NCBI GenBank assembly: GCA_963849325.1 | Contig: CAWKHF010000006.1 | Coordinates: forward strand, 640,001 to 704,000 | From: an uncultured Planctomycetota bacterium | GTDB lineage: Bacteria > Planctomycetota > Planctomycetia > Gemmatales > Gemmataceae | Direction of reading: 5' to 3' | DNA length: 64,000 nucleotides | In this document: positions 9,856 through 20,406 of the stretch, one piece after another | How positions within the stretch are numbered: position 1 is the first letter of the stretch | Layout: every line of letters starts with the position of its first letter | Program-made: the position numbers and the translations under genes | The notes under the pieces: model-generated | Database searches by the model: none | What the model was told of the DNA's origin: nothing | What the model saw: the letters and a program-made list of their open reading frames with translations, nothing else

Positions 9856-12377
9856 ATGGCCCGGTGCAAGGTCAAGATGGCGGCGTTGCGGATACTGGTG
9901 CTGAGCCTCGGCGCGGGCGGGGTGGGCGTGCTGGCTCATCGGCCGCTGGCCGGCAAACAAGCGGAGGCGCCGCAATCGCTGGCCCCGGCGAAGGTCCAGG
10001 GCGAGCGAACGGCGCGCACGGACAGCTATGGTGATCCGTTGCCGCCCGGTGCGCTGGCGCGATGGGGAACGATCCGCCTGAGACATGCCGGCTTAGTGGA
10101 GTCGGCCGCTTTTTCTCCGGACGGCAAGCTGCTGGCCACGGCCGGACAAGATGAGCGCGTCCGCTTGTGGGACGCCGCCACGGGCAAAAAACTACGGCGA
10201 TTCAATCTGGGCAGGCGCGGCACGGCGCCTGCACCGTTTATGGGGTGGCGTTTTCCCCTGACGGTAAATGGCTGGCGGCGTGCGGCTGGCAGACGGGACT
10301 GGCTCTCTGGGAGACGGCCACGGGCAAACAACTGCGCTGGGAAGACGGTGGGGATACTTTCGTCTTCTTTTCGCCGGACGGCAAGCGGCTCGTGCGAGGA
10401 GGGTCGAAGGACGGCAGCATGAAGATTTTGGATTTGGCCAGTAACAAGGCCAAACGTTGTCCCGATAAATGGGAAACCGTTCTGGCGGCTGCGTTCTCCC
10501 CCGATGGGACCGTCCTCGCCTCGGCCGGCCCGGACAAAACAATTCGACTGTGGGACGCGACGACCTTGAAGGAGCTGCGCTCGTGTCGCGGACATACCGA
10601 AGAAGTCCGCGCCCTCGCCTTTTCCCCGGACGGCAAGCAGCTCCTCTCCGGCGGTTTGGACAAGACCCTGCGCTTATGGGACGTTACGACCGGCCGACAG
10701 GTCAAGCAACTGGCCAAGCTGCCGTCAGCTGTGGTTGCCGCGCGCTTTTCACCCGACGGTCGAACCATTGCTACGGGAAGCTGGGACCAATCGATCGTCT
10801 TGTGGGACAGCAAAACGGGAGAAAAACGCCGCCAATTCCGCGGCTTCAGCGGCGAAGCCTCCTTCGCTCTGGCGTTCGCACCGGACGGAAAAAAATTGAC
10901 GGGATCGACCGGATCATTTATCCAGATGTGGGATCTGGCCACCGGCAAGGAGCTTTTCCCACTTGGCGGCCATCCCTCCGCTATCGCCGGCCTCGCTTAT
11001 TCCGGCGATGGGCGAACCCTGGCCACGGCGAGCTGGGAAGGGTCGCTGTGTTTATGGGAAGCGGCCACGGGCAAGGAGCTGCGCCGGTGTGTCGGCCATC
11101 GATCGCAGTTACACTGTCTGGCTTTTTCCGGCGACGGCAAACTTTTGGTCACCGCCAGCTCGGACAGCACCACGCGCTTGTGGGAAGCGGCGACGGGCAA
11201 AGAAGTATGGCGCCTCAATACAAAGATTAATGACGGTTACTGTACGGCCTTCAGTCGCGATGGGGAGGCGATCGCTTTCGGCAACCACGATGGTTCGATC
11301 CTACTGCGGCACACCAGCACGGGCGACCCGTTGCGCCGGCTCAAGGGACACACGGACGGCACCCCGGTTTACAGCGTGGCCTTCTCTCCCGATGGCCGAA
11401 CGCTGCTTTCCGGCGGGCTGGACAAGACCATGCGCTTGTGGGATTGGAAGGAAGGCAAGCAGCTCCGTGTCTTCGCGGAGCATGGGGGTTGGGTCTTCGC
11501 CGTCGCCTTCTCTCCCGACGGCAAATGGGCCGCTTCCGCCGGTGGTCCCACGATCCACTTGTGGGACTTGGCGACGGGGCGAGAGATTCGGCGGTTCCAC
11601 GGTCCCGAAACAGGTCTGAATACGTCCATACTGAGCATCTCGTTTTCTCGGGATGGCAGGATGCTCGCCTCCACCGGCCAAGACCCGACGGTGCGCCTGT
11701 GGGAGGTGGTGAGCGGACAGGAACGTTGCCATTTTCTCGGACACGAATATCGCGTCGAGTGTCTGGCCTTTTCGCCGGCAAGCCCCATTATCGCTTCCGG
11801 CGGCGGCGACGGGACCGTCCTCCTCTGGGACGCAACCGGCCGCTTGCTGCATGGGCGACCGGCCAGGCGGAGCTTATCGCGCCGAGAGTTGGAATCGTAC
11901 TGGAGCGATCTGGCCAGCGTCGATGCTCGCCGTGCCTTTCGTGCTCTGGGTGCTCTGGTCTCGGCCGGCGAGCAATCGACGGCATTCCTCCAGGAGCAAG
12001 TGCGGCCCGTTCGGATTGCCGATCCGAAGCAAACGGCTCGGCTTCTCCGCGAGCTGGACAGCGATGACTTCGCCGCGCGGACCAAGGCCGCGGAACAACT
12101 GGAGAAACGAGGCGAATCGGTTCGGCCGGCGCTCGAACAGGCTTTGAAGTACAAACCACCGCTGGAGACACACCGGCGCATCGTGCGACTGCTCGAACAG
12201 CTCGACTCCGAACGTTCTCCCGAGCAATGGCGTCTCCTGCGCCTCGTCGAAGCGCTGGAGCGAATGAACACGCCTTCCTCTCGGGAATTCCTCGAAGCCT
12301 TGAGTAAAGGGATGCCCGAAGCGAACTTGACTCAGGAAGCAATAGCCGCGCTCAAACGTCTGCGCTCGCATCGTTAA
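9856..12377 (+). CDS. WD40 repeat protein; frameshift near 10215
   Basis: N-terminal hydrophobic segment, [18 protein letters not shown], more than 10 FSPDG...LWD repeats, C-terminal helical [10 protein letters not shown] domain. Confidence 0.9.
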
Positions 12378-12389
12378 ACCGCGCCCGGC

Positions 12390-13088
12390 TCACGATGACC
12401 GCGCTCGCCATTGTTCCTCCGCCGAGCTGGGGCGCAGATACAGCGGCTCCAACGTCCACGGATCGTCGCGCTCTCCAGCGGCATAGCGTGCCAGGCCGAG
12501 CCGTAGCAAACTCGCCGACTGCGGCTCCCACAAGTCCGTATCCAGCATCGGCACATCCGCCGGCAAACGCTCGGCCCACTTCCGCAATCCCGGACCCGTG
12601 ACCGAAGCACCCTTCTCTCGCGTGGCGAGCCAGTCGGCGAAAGGACGGATCGTCAATTCGGCCAGCGAACGCCAGCCGCCGGCATCGCGCACGAATGGCT
12701 GCACATAAATCTTGTCCTGCTGCGCATCGGCGAGGACATCGACGCGGGCAACGGACTCAGGAGCTTGCAGGACGATGGTGGCGAACGTCTCGACGGCGAT
12801 CAGGGCGCAGCCGGTGGCATAGGCGAACGTCTTGGCGGACATGAGGCCGATGCGCAGGCCGGTGTAACTGCCGGGACCGCGACTGACGACGACGGCCTGC
12901 ACGTCGCGCGGCTTCCATCCTTGCTCCGCCAGCAGCGCCGCCGTCGCCGGGGCCAGATCGCGGGCGTGTCGCCGTGCTTCGTCCAGCACCCGCTCGCCGC
13001 GCCATTCGTCACCCTCCGCCAGGGCCACCCGGCCGGTGCGGCCCGACGTCTCCACGATCAGCAGACGAGGAGCGATCATTGCACTCAT
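12390..13088 (-). CDS. tsaB: tRNA t6A37 biosynthesis protein TsaB
   Basis: LIVETS, VSRGPGSYTGLRIG, DA, LEPLYLR. Confidence 0.93.
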   Translation of the reverse strand: MSAMIAPRLLIVETSGRTGRVALAEGDEWRGERVLDEARRHARDLAPATAALLAEQGWKPRDVQAVVVSRGPGSYTGLRIGLMSAKTFAYATGCALIAVETFATIVLQAPESVARVDVLADAQQDKIYVQPFVRDAGGWRSLAELTIRPFADWLATREKGASVTGPGLRKWAERLPADVPMLDTDLWEPQSASLLRLGLARYAAGERDDPWTLEPLYLRPSSAEEQWRARSS

Positions 13089-13145
13089 GCTTCCCCCAAG
13101 CCGAACTGTTATGTCCTTGACGCCCTCGCCACGTTCGGCATCGAT

Positions 13146-13295
13146 ATTATTCCGGCAAGAAAGATTTTCAACCACGGATTACACGGATAGCACGGATAAG
13201 AAAAGCAGAGATACAGCGGCCCATCCACTATCGGTATTTTCCTATCCGTGTTATCCGTGTAATCCGTGGTTGAAAATCTTTCTTGCCGGAATAAT
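13146..13295. repeat. Long palindromic repeat (ACCACGGATTACACGGAT family), copy 1
   Basis: Near-perfect inverted arms of about 55-60 nt, ATTATTCCGGCAAGAAAGATTTTCAACCACGGATTACACGGATA... Confidence 0.9.
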
Positions 13296-13311
13296 CGGAT
13301 CGGGAGAGAAG

Positions 13312-13584
13312 TCATCCGCCGGCATCCGCCGAGAGCAGCAGCAAACGAGCGCCATTCGGCAGCGTCTCGGCGAGGTCGGTGACGAAGTGCTCGCCGTCCA
13401 GCGAGAGAAGATACTGCGGGGCGAGCCGGCCATCGGCCTGCCGGACGTTCGCCAAAGCAGGACAGGCGGCGGCGATGGCGGCGAGCGCCTCGCCGGCCGT
13501 GGCGGCGGACACGCGCAGGTCCGGCCGACCGGCCCGCAGGCGCGGCACGCCGAAAAATTCCACCGTCACTGTCGGTCCACTCAT
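13312..13584 (-). CDS. moaD: MoaD/ThiS-family sulfur carrier
   Basis: VTVEFFG start, C-terminal AGG; ATGA overlap with moeA. Confidence 0.85.
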   Translation of the reverse strand: MSGPTVTVEFFGVPRLRAGRPDLRVSAATAGEALAAIAAACPALANVRQADGRLAPQYLLSLDGEHFVTDLAETLPNGARLLLLSADAGG

Positions 13585-15548
13585 CGGCCGTCGCCCTCGA
13601 TTGCTCCCGGATGAAAGCCGCGATCCGCCAACGCTCGGCGCGTCGCGGGATCGGCCAGCAAATCGACGAACGCTTGCACCGCCGGCCGGTCGCGCCGGGT
13701 CCGGGGGACAACAAAATCGTACTGTTCCGCTCGCAGCGGCAGGAAGCCCAGTCCATAAGCCTGCGCCACCGGCTCGATGGCCACGCCCCAGTCCGCTCGC
13801 CCCTGCCTCACGGCGGCGGCGACGGCGTTGTGCGAGCGCGCCTCCGTGAGGTATCCCGGTGGCCGTGCCGCGCCGAGCAGACCATCGATCAGGATGCGCG
13901 TGCCGCTACCGCGATTGCGGTTGACCAGCACGCACTCGGCATCCGTCAACGCTGCGACCAGTGTACCGGCCACGTCGCGGCCCTCGAACCGCGCATCGCC
14001 CGGCCGGAAAACAAGTCCCTGTGTCCGCCCATAGCCGGGCAGCAGCTCCACGGAGTCGCTGAGGAAAGGGCGGTTGTAGGTGTCGGTTCGCGGGTCGAGC
14101 AGGTGGATGCCGGCCAGGTCGCATTCGCCGCGCTTGGCCGCTTCCAGGCCGCCCGTGCTGCCGACCGCCAGCACCTTGCTCGTCACGCCTCGGGAGTGCA
14201 GCTCGCCGAGCAGGTAATCCAGGCCCGTGCAATGGCTGCCGATGACGATCAGGTCGGCGGGCTGAATGTCGGCGTCGAGCAAGTGTACGGACACGATGCT
14301 ATCGCGTTCGAGGTACTCGCGCTGCCGGGGGATGACGACGAAACCGTCGGCCCGGCCGAACGCCGTCACCGAGCCGGAGCCTTTGCCCATCGGGTAGGCG
14401 ACGTAGCGACAGGCCGCCTCGCCGATCGTCTCCACCAGGCCGACCAGCAGATACTCGGTGCGGCCGCGCTCGGAGTTGACGCGCAGCGGTAGGCGAGCGG
14501 CTACATCTCCCGCCGTCCGATCGCGGCGCCCGGCCAGTTGTCGCAGCACCGGCGCGAGAAATTCGTGGAAGGTAAAGATCGCCGAAGTCGGAAATCCAGG
14601 CAGCACAGCCACGGGAATGGGCCGGCGTCCTTCGCGCTGAACGACGGCGAGGCAGAGCGGCTTGCCCGGCTTGAGGGCGACGCCGTGAGCCACGATGCCG
14701 GGCGAACCCAGCTCGGCCACGGCGCGATACGACACGTCGCCGGCCCCCTTGGACGTGCCGCCCGAGAGAAGGATCGCATCGTACACGAGCGCCCGCCGCA
14801 GGACGTCCAGCAGGCGGGCGCGATCGTCGTGTACGATGCCCAGCGGCATCGGCTCGCCGCCCAGCTCGCGCACGGCGTCGGCCAGTACCGTGGCATTGCT
14901 GTCGTAGATCATGCCCGGCCTCATCGCCGCGCCCGGCGCGATCAGCTCATCTCCCGTCGAAAGGATGGCGACGCGCGGCCGGCGGACCACGGACACCGCG
15001 GCGATGCCCAGCGCTGCCAGCACGCCAGTTTCGCGCGAGGTCAGGTGCTGGCTGCGGCGAAGCACCACCTCGCCCTGACCGATGTCGGTGCCGGCGAAGG
15101 TGACGTTCGACCCCGGTGCGACCGGCCGCGTCAGAAGCAATTGTTCGTCGCGCACGTCGGTGTACTCGATCATGACGACGGCGTCGGCACCGCGCGGCAG
15201 CATGGCGCCGGTGGCGATGGCCGTCGCCGTGCCGGCCGTGACGGTTTGGCGCGGCGCGACGCCGGTGGCCAGCGTTTCGTCGTTGAGACGCAGGGAGTGC
15301 GGCCGATCTTCGCTCGCGCCGAAGGTGTCGGCGGCCTGGACCGCGAAGCCGTCCACATTGGAGCGGTCGAAGCTCGGCACGTCCAGCGGCGCGACGACTT
15401 CCTCGGCCAGCACCCGGCCGAGAGCGTCGGCTAGCGGCACCGTTTCCGCCTCCAGCGGCCGCAGGTCGAGCACGGCGCGGAAGCGGCGCTCGGCCTCGTC
15501 GCGGTCGATCACGTCCAAAAACTGCTGTTGCCGCAGCGCGTCGTTCAT
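13581..15548 (-). CDS. moeA: MoeA fused to a C-terminal molybdate-binding (PBP) domain
   Basis: PSFDRSNVDG, STGDEL, SGGTSKG, KPGKP, LPGFP; C-terminal GSHCTGLD, GSTGGL, VNRNRGSGTR. Confidence 0.92.
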   Translation of the reverse strand: MNDALRQQQFLDVIDRDEAERRFRAVLDLRPLEAETVPLADALGRVLAEEVVAPLDVPSFDRSNVDGFAVQAADTFGASEDRPHSLRLNDETLATGVAPRQTVTAGTATAIATGAMLPRGADAVVMIEYTDVRDEQLLLTRPVAPGSNVTFAGTDIGQGEVVLRRSQHLTSRETGVLAALGIAAVSVVRRPRVAILSTGDELIAPGAAMRPGMIYDSNATVLADAVRELGGEPMPLGIVHDDRARLLDVLRRALVYDAILLSGGTSKGAGDVSYRAVAELGSPGIVAHGVALKPGKPLCLAVVQREGRRPIPVAVLPGFPTSAIFTFHEFLAPVLRQLAGRRDRTAGDVAARLPLRVNSERGRTEYLLVGLVETIGEAACRYVAYPMGKGSGSVTAFGRADGFVVIPRQREYLERDSIVSVHLLDADIQPADLIVIGSHCTGLDYLLGELHSRGVTSKVLAVGSTGGLEAAKRGECDLAGIHLLDPRTDTYNRPFLSDSVELLPGYGRTQGLVFRPGDARFEGRDVAGTLVAALTDAECVLVNRNRGSGTRILIDGLLGAARPPGYLTEARSHNAVAAAVRQGRADWGVAIEPVAQAYGLGFLPLRAEQYDFVVPRTRRDRPAVQAFVDLLADPATRRALADRGFHPGAIEGDGR

Positions 15549-16807
15549 GAGGCATCGTCGTACAGGTACACCGTCACCGTTTCGCCGGCCGGATGGCCCT
15601 CGCTGTCGCGCGGCACGAGGAGGAAGCCGTCGGCAACCGTGGTTGTGCTTAGCATCGACGCGCCGCTGACGGCGAGCGGCTCGGCCCGTCCGTCCCGAAT
15701 GCGGACGCGGACGTAATCGACGCGGCCCACAGCCGAGGCGACCTTCGCCGTCAGAGGCAGCAACGCACGGCGATAGGGCAGTTCCGGCGAGCGTCCGCCG
15801 AGTTTGCGGATCGCACGGCCGGCGAACAGATCGTAAGCACACAGACACGACACCGGATTGCCCGGCAGCAGAAACACCGGCCGGCCGTCGAGGAAGCCAA
15901 CGCCGGCCGGACTGGCCGGACGCAGGGCGATTCCATGCACGGGTAGCTCGCCCAGTTCGGCCAGCACCGTCGGCGCATGGTCCTCCTGGCCGACCGACGA
16001 TCCACCCGAGACGAGCAGTACGTCCGCCGTGCTGATCCTGGATCGCCTGGCGCACCGCCTCGCGGCGGTCGGGAATCAGCGGGGCGACCAACGCCTCGCC
16101 GCTGTCCCGCCGCACCAGGGCGGCCAGCATCACGGAGTTGCTATCGACGATGCGATGGCCCTCCGGCCTGGCGCCGACCGGCAGCAGTTCGTCGCCGGTG
16201 ATGAGGACGTCGATGCGCGGCCGGCGGATCGACGAACACCTCGCCGACGCCGATGGACGCGAGCAGGCCGAGGTCTTGCGGGCGCAGCACCCGTCCGGCC
16301 GACAGTACCGTCCGGCCCGGTTCGATGTCCTCGCCGCGACGGCCGACGTGCCGGCCAGGCGAGACCGGCTCCGTGACGCGCAGCACGCCCGCCTCTTCCT
16401 GAGCGACCTCGACCGGCACCACGGCGTCGGTCCCAGCCGGCACCGGCGCTCCCGTCATGATCCGCACCGCTTGTCCCGGCGCGACCGGTCCAGCGAAAGG
16501 CCGGCCCGGCAGCGCTTCGCCGAGTACACGCAGTTCCAGCGGGTTGTACGGACCCGCTCCGAACGTCTCCTCGGCACGCACGGCATAGCCATCCATCGCG
16601 GCGCGATCAAATCCGGGCACAGCCACTTCCGCCACTACGTCCGCGCTCAGGACGCGCCCGCTCGCCTGCGAAACGAGCACCGTCTCCGCCGCCAATGTCC
16701 GCACGCGCCCGTCGAGGAGACGAATCACCTCTTCGACCTCGGCGCGGTCCTGGAAGCCGCGCATGCGGCACGTCGCGGCGCCCCGGTTGCGCGGCGGGAG
16801 AAGTCAT
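15545..16807 (-). CDS. moeA: Second MoeA (molybdopterin molybdotransferase); several frameshifts
   Basis: PGFDRAAMDGYAV, IMTGAPVP, TGDEL, LPGNPVS spread across ORFs 16141..16764 and 15545..15967. Confidence 0.88.
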
Positions 16808-16902
16808 GACTCGGCTCCGCACGGGGAATGGATTCCCTCTTCACTGTCCAGACGCATAATACCAGAGCGTGGACAAACCGGGAAGCAATCGAGGTTTTCA
16901 TC

Positions 16903-17517
16903 ATGCTGCGTACCGGCGGCGTCGTTCTCTGCGGAGGTCAATCCAGCCGCATGGGCCGGCCCAAAGCGTGGCTGCCCTTCGGCGACGAGTTGATGCTGCC
17001 GCGTGTCGTCCGCATGCTGGGCGAGGTCGTCGCCCCCCTCGTCGTCGTCGCCGCCCCCGGTCAGGACGTGCCGCCCTTGCCCGCCGGGGTCGAAATCGCC
17101 CGCGATCCCGAGCAGGGGCGCGGCCCGCTCCAGGGGTTGGCCGCCGGACTGAACGCTCTTCGCGGTCGGGCCGACGCCGCCTACCTGTCCTCCTGCGATG
17201 TCCCGTTCCTGCAACCGGCCTTCGTCCGCCGGCTCATCGAGCTGCTCGGCGAGTACGCCGTCTGTGTGCCGCAAGTCGAGGGCTACCGACATCCGTTGGC
17301 GGCGGTGTATCGGCTGGAGGTCGCCGACGTGGCCATGCGCCTGCTCGCCGAGGACCGTTTGCGGCCGGCGTTCCTGTTCGAGCAGGTGCCGACGCGGATC
17401 GTCCAGCCGGAAGAGTTGGCCGACGTGGACTCAACCTTTCAGACGCTCCGCAACCTGAACACTCCCGCCGAATACGAGGCGGCTTGGCGAGATTCATTCC
17501 CGGCGGAAGGCCGATAA
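16903..17517 (+). CDS. mobA: Molybdenum cofactor guanylyltransferase
   Basis: VLCGGQSSRMGRPKA, GPLQGL, CDVPF, HPLAAVY, NLNTPAEY. Confidence 0.93.
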   Translation: MLRTGGVVLCGGQSSRMGRPKAWLPFGDELMLPRVVRMLGEVVAPLVVVAAPGQDVPPLPAGVEIARDPEQGRGPLQGLAAGLNALRGRADAAYLSSCDVPFLQPAFVRRLIELLGEYAVCVPQVEGYRHPLAAVYRLEVADVAMRLLAEDRLRPAFLFEQVPTRIVQPEELADVDSTFQTLRNLNTPAEYEAAWRDSFPAEGR

Positions 17518-17525
17518 GGTATAAT
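17497..17525 (+). promoter_or_regulatory. Possible sigma70 promoter for fwdD
   Basis: TTCCCG-N17-TATAAT; a similar TTCCCC-N17-TATAAT lies at 30267-30295. Confidence 0.35.
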
Positions 17526-17568
17526 GCCCCCATACTTCCGCGGACCACACGCCACCGAGCACACCCGC

Positions 17569-17911
17569 ATGGCCGAGTTGTTCATCCTCATCCCCGGTCG
17601 CACCAGTCGCCAGGGCACCACGCTCAACGAGGGCAAGTTCACCGCCGGCTATGTCGAAGAGACGAGCACCCTGTTCATGTGCCCCGACGATATGAAACGC
17701 CTGGGGCTGACCGCCGGCGCTCGGGTGCGCGCTGCGCTCGGAACAGGGCCAGATTGAACTACCGTGCCAGGCGGCCAAGGACGGCGAACTGCCGGCGGGT
17801 CTGCTGTTCCTGCCCTACGGCGATCTGTCCAGCAAACTCATGACCGGCGACACCTGCGGCACCGGCATGCCCAGCAGCAAATGTTTCGACGTCGAACTGG
17901 AAAGGTTGTAA
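17569..17911 (+). CDS. fwdD: Formylmethanofuran dehydrogenase subunit D-like (molybdopterin dinucleotide-binding); frameshift near 17730
   Basis: ILIPGRTSRQG, MCPDDMKRLG, then in the shifted frame LPAGLLFLPYG...DTCGTGMPSSK. Confidence 0.82.
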
Positions 17912-17913
17912 CG

Positions 17914-18183
17914 ATGCTCGAATATCACGCGGCGTATTACCAGATCGAGGATGGTTGGTTTATGGCCAAAGTCCTCGACTTCCCCGGCGTCGTCACCCAG
18001 GGACGCACCCTTGATAAAGCCCGGCAGATGCTCAACGATGCCCTGCGCGAGATGACGGAGTGGTTACTGGAAGATGGGCAGCCGCTCCCGCATCCCGATC
18101 CGGCTGCCACCGACACCAACGCGGATCAAACCGAACCCATTCGGCTCATCATCCGTGCCCGCTCCGGAGCGGCTGCTCCATGA
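17914..18183 (+). CDS. hicB: HicB-family antitoxin (short, no DNA-binding domain)
   Basis: DFPGVVTQGRTLDKARQMLNDAL. Confidence 0.88.
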   Translation: MLEYHAAYYQIEDGWFMAKVLDFPGVVTQGRTLDKARQMLNDALREMTEWLLEDGQPLPHPDPAATDTNADQTEPIRLIIRARSGAAAP

Positions 18184-18374
18184 AAAGACGGAAGTTGCTC
18201 CATCACCTTCGCCGGCACGGTTGTCGGGTCGTCGGAGAAGGAAGGAAGCATACCCGAGTTCTCAATACCGCAAACGGGCGGCGAAGCTTTGTCCCACGTC
18301 ATCCGGAGATTGGTTCCGGATTGGTCCGCGAAATCTGCAAACAGCTGGATGTCCCAGCGCCGCCGGAGAATTAA
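18180..18374 (+). CDS. hicA: HicA-family toxin
   Basis: MKRRKLLHHL..HGC..EGRKH..VPRHPEI..ICKQL; ATGA overlap with hicB. Confidence 0.88.
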   Translation: MKRRKLLHHLRRHGCRVVGEGRKHTRVLNTANGRRSFVPRHPEIGSGLVREICKQLDVPAPPEN

Positions 18375-18392
18375 TCGGCAAGGAGAGATCCC

Positions 18393-19703
18393 ATGAGTGC
18401 AACCAGCACCGAACTGAAAATCGTCCCCAACGCCACCTGCACCTTCTGCGGCTGCGTTTGCGATGACATGGAGTTGACCGTCGAGGACAACCACATCACC
18501 AAGGCCAAGAACGCCTGCGTGCTGGGCAAGGCGTGGTTCCTCAATCACCACGTCGAGGACCGGCCGGTCGCCACCATCGAAGGCCAGCCGGCGACGCTGG
18601 AAGAGGGCGTCGAACGCGCCGCCCGCATCCTGGCCGACGCTCGCTATCCGATCGTCTACGGCCTGTCGGACACGACCTGCGAGGCGCAGCGCGTGGCGGT
18701 GGCCATCGCCGACCGCATCGGCGGCTGTGTCGATACGACTACGTCGGTCTGCCACGGTCCGTCCGGCATGGCCTTCCAGGGCGTCGGCGAAGTTACTTGC
18801 ACGCTCGGCGAGGTCAAGAACCGGGCCGATCTCGTCCTCTTCTGGGGCAGCAACCCCGCCGAGTCGCACCCGCGTCACTGGGGCCGCTATTCGACCATGC
18901 CCAAGGGCCTGTTCGTGCCCAAGGGCCGCAAGGGACGCACGGTGGTCCTCGTCGATGTCCGCAAGAGCAAGAGCGCTCCCGCCGCCGACATCTTCCTGGC
19001 GATCAAGCCGCGCAAGGACTTCGAGGCTCTGTGGGCCTTGCGTGCTCTCGTCAAGGGCATCGAACTCGATCCGTCCATCGGCGACGAGACCGGCATCCCT
19101 CTGGCGCAGCTGCAAGACCTGGCCCAGCGGATGAAGAAGTGTCGATTCGGCATTCTCTTCTTCGGCATGGGCCTGTCGATGACACGCGGTCGTCATCTCA
19201 ACGTCGAGGCGGCGCTGTCGCTGGCCCGCGACCTCAACGAGTACACGCGCTTTTACGCCAAGCCGATGCGCGGTCACGGCAACGTCACCGGAGCCGACAA
19301 CGTGGTCAGTTGGCAGACCGGCTATCCCTTCGGCGTCAGCCTGGGTCGCGGTTATCCGCGTTTCAACCCCGGCGAGTTCACCACCTCGGACACGCTGGCG
19401 CGCGGCGAGGCCGACGCCGCCCTGATCGTCGCCTCCGACCCGATGGGCAATTTCTCGCAGCCGGCCCGCGAACATTTGGCGAAAATCCCGTACATTGCGC
19501 TCGATCCCAAGGAGACGGCGACGGTGCGACAGGCGACGGTGGCCTTCTGCACGGCCACCTATGGCATCAATGTTCCGGGCACCGTCTACCGCATGGACGA
19601 CGTGCCCATCCCCCTGCGCCCCGCCTTCGCGTCGCCGTACCCCAGCGATGAAGAGGTGCTGAAAAAGATCGAGAAGCGCGTGCGTGAATTACAGGTGGAG
19701 TGA
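18393..19703 (+). CDS. fwdB: Formylmethanofuran dehydrogenase subunit B
   Basis: CTFCGCVCDD...ACVLG, SVCHGPS, TLGEVKNRAD, MRGHGNV, GTVYRMD. Confidence 0.93.
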   Translation: MSATSTELKIVPNATCTFCGCVCDDMELTVEDNHITKAKNACVLGKAWFLNHHVEDRPVATIEGQPATLEEGVERAARILADARYPIVYGLSDTTCEAQRVAVAIADRIGGCVDTTTSVCHGPSGMAFQGVGEVTCTLGEVKNRADLVLFWGSNPAESHPRHWGRYSTMPKGLFVPKGRKGRTVVLVDVRKSKSAPAADIFLAIKPRKDFEALWALRALVKGIELDPSIGDETGIPLAQLQDLAQRMKKCRFGILFFGMGLSMTRGRHLNVEAALSLARDLNEYTRFYAKPMRGHGNVTGADNVVSWQTGYPFGVSLGRGYPRFNPGEFTTSDTLARGEADAALIVASDPMGNFSQPAREHLAKIPYIALDPKETATVRQATVAFCTATYGINVPGTVYRMDDVPIPLRPAFASPYPSDEEVLKKIEKRVRELQVE

Positions 19704-19739
19704 ACGAGGAGCAGGAACTCTATCCAGGAGGACCGAAAC

Positions 19740-19982
19740 ATGGTCAGATATATCGAAGTGATGGGTGTAATCCACGGCAAGACGATCACGCTCGACGAGG
19801 CGACATTTCTGCCGGACGGCTGTCCGGTGGTCGTTCATCTTAGTCTGACACGGGAGGAAGCGCTCCGCCAACTGGCCCTTCCCTGCGAACCGATGACTCC
19901 CGAAGAACTGGCCGACATGGAGGAAACCTTATCCGAATTTCATGGTCGGCCCGTCGATCTCCCGCCCTCCGAGACTTCATGA
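19740..19982 (+). CDS. Putative antitoxin
   Basis: GVIHGKTITLDE..LPDG..V pattern; ATGA-coupled to the PIN gene; AGGAGG RBS. Confidence 0.65.
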   Translation: MVRYIEVMGVIHGKTITLDEATFLPDGCPVVVHLSLTREEALRQLALPCEPMTPEELADMEETLSEFHGRPVDLPPSETS

Positions 19983-20377
19983 GCCACATACTGCACACGG
20001 ACACTTGCGCTTCGATCATCCGAGATGCGCAACCGGCGAAGACTCGCTTCGCTCAATCGCAATCTGGACTTCAGGTTTCGGTCCTCAGTGTCACGGGCCT
20101 GGAGATCTGGTTGCTGCGTCCAAAGTCTCCCCTGCACTACCGGACGAGGTTCTTCAACTTCCTTCAATGCGTTTCGCTCATCGAGGTGACGGAACCTATC
20201 GCTCATCGTGCGGCCATGATCGTTAACGGACTCCAAGGCCACGGACTGAAAATCAAGCTCGCGGATTCGATAATCGCAGCCACGGCCCTGGAACAGGGGC
20301 TGCCTCTGGTAACGCATTCGATAAAGCGATTCGCCAATATACCGGGTCTGACGGTCCTCGACTGGAGTGTTCCCTGA
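19979..20377 (+). CDS. vapC: VapC/PIN-domain protein with a degenerate active site
   Basis: DSIIAATALEQGLPLVT..FANIPGLTVLDW. Confidence 0.85.
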   Translation: MSHILHTDTCASIIRDAQPAKTRFAQSQSGLQVSVLSVTGLEIWLLRPKSPLHYRTRFFNFLQCVSLIEVTEPIAHRAAMIVNGLQGHGLKIKLADSIIAATALEQGLPLVTHSIKRFANIPGLTVLDWSVP

Positions 20378-20406
20378 AAGAGCTACACCAAGGACCATCG
20401 CACATC

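Noticed and set aside
13581-16133. 850-aa MoeA with a long N-terminal extension
   Set aside because: The extension is an off-frame reading of the upstream moeA; the real start is 15548.
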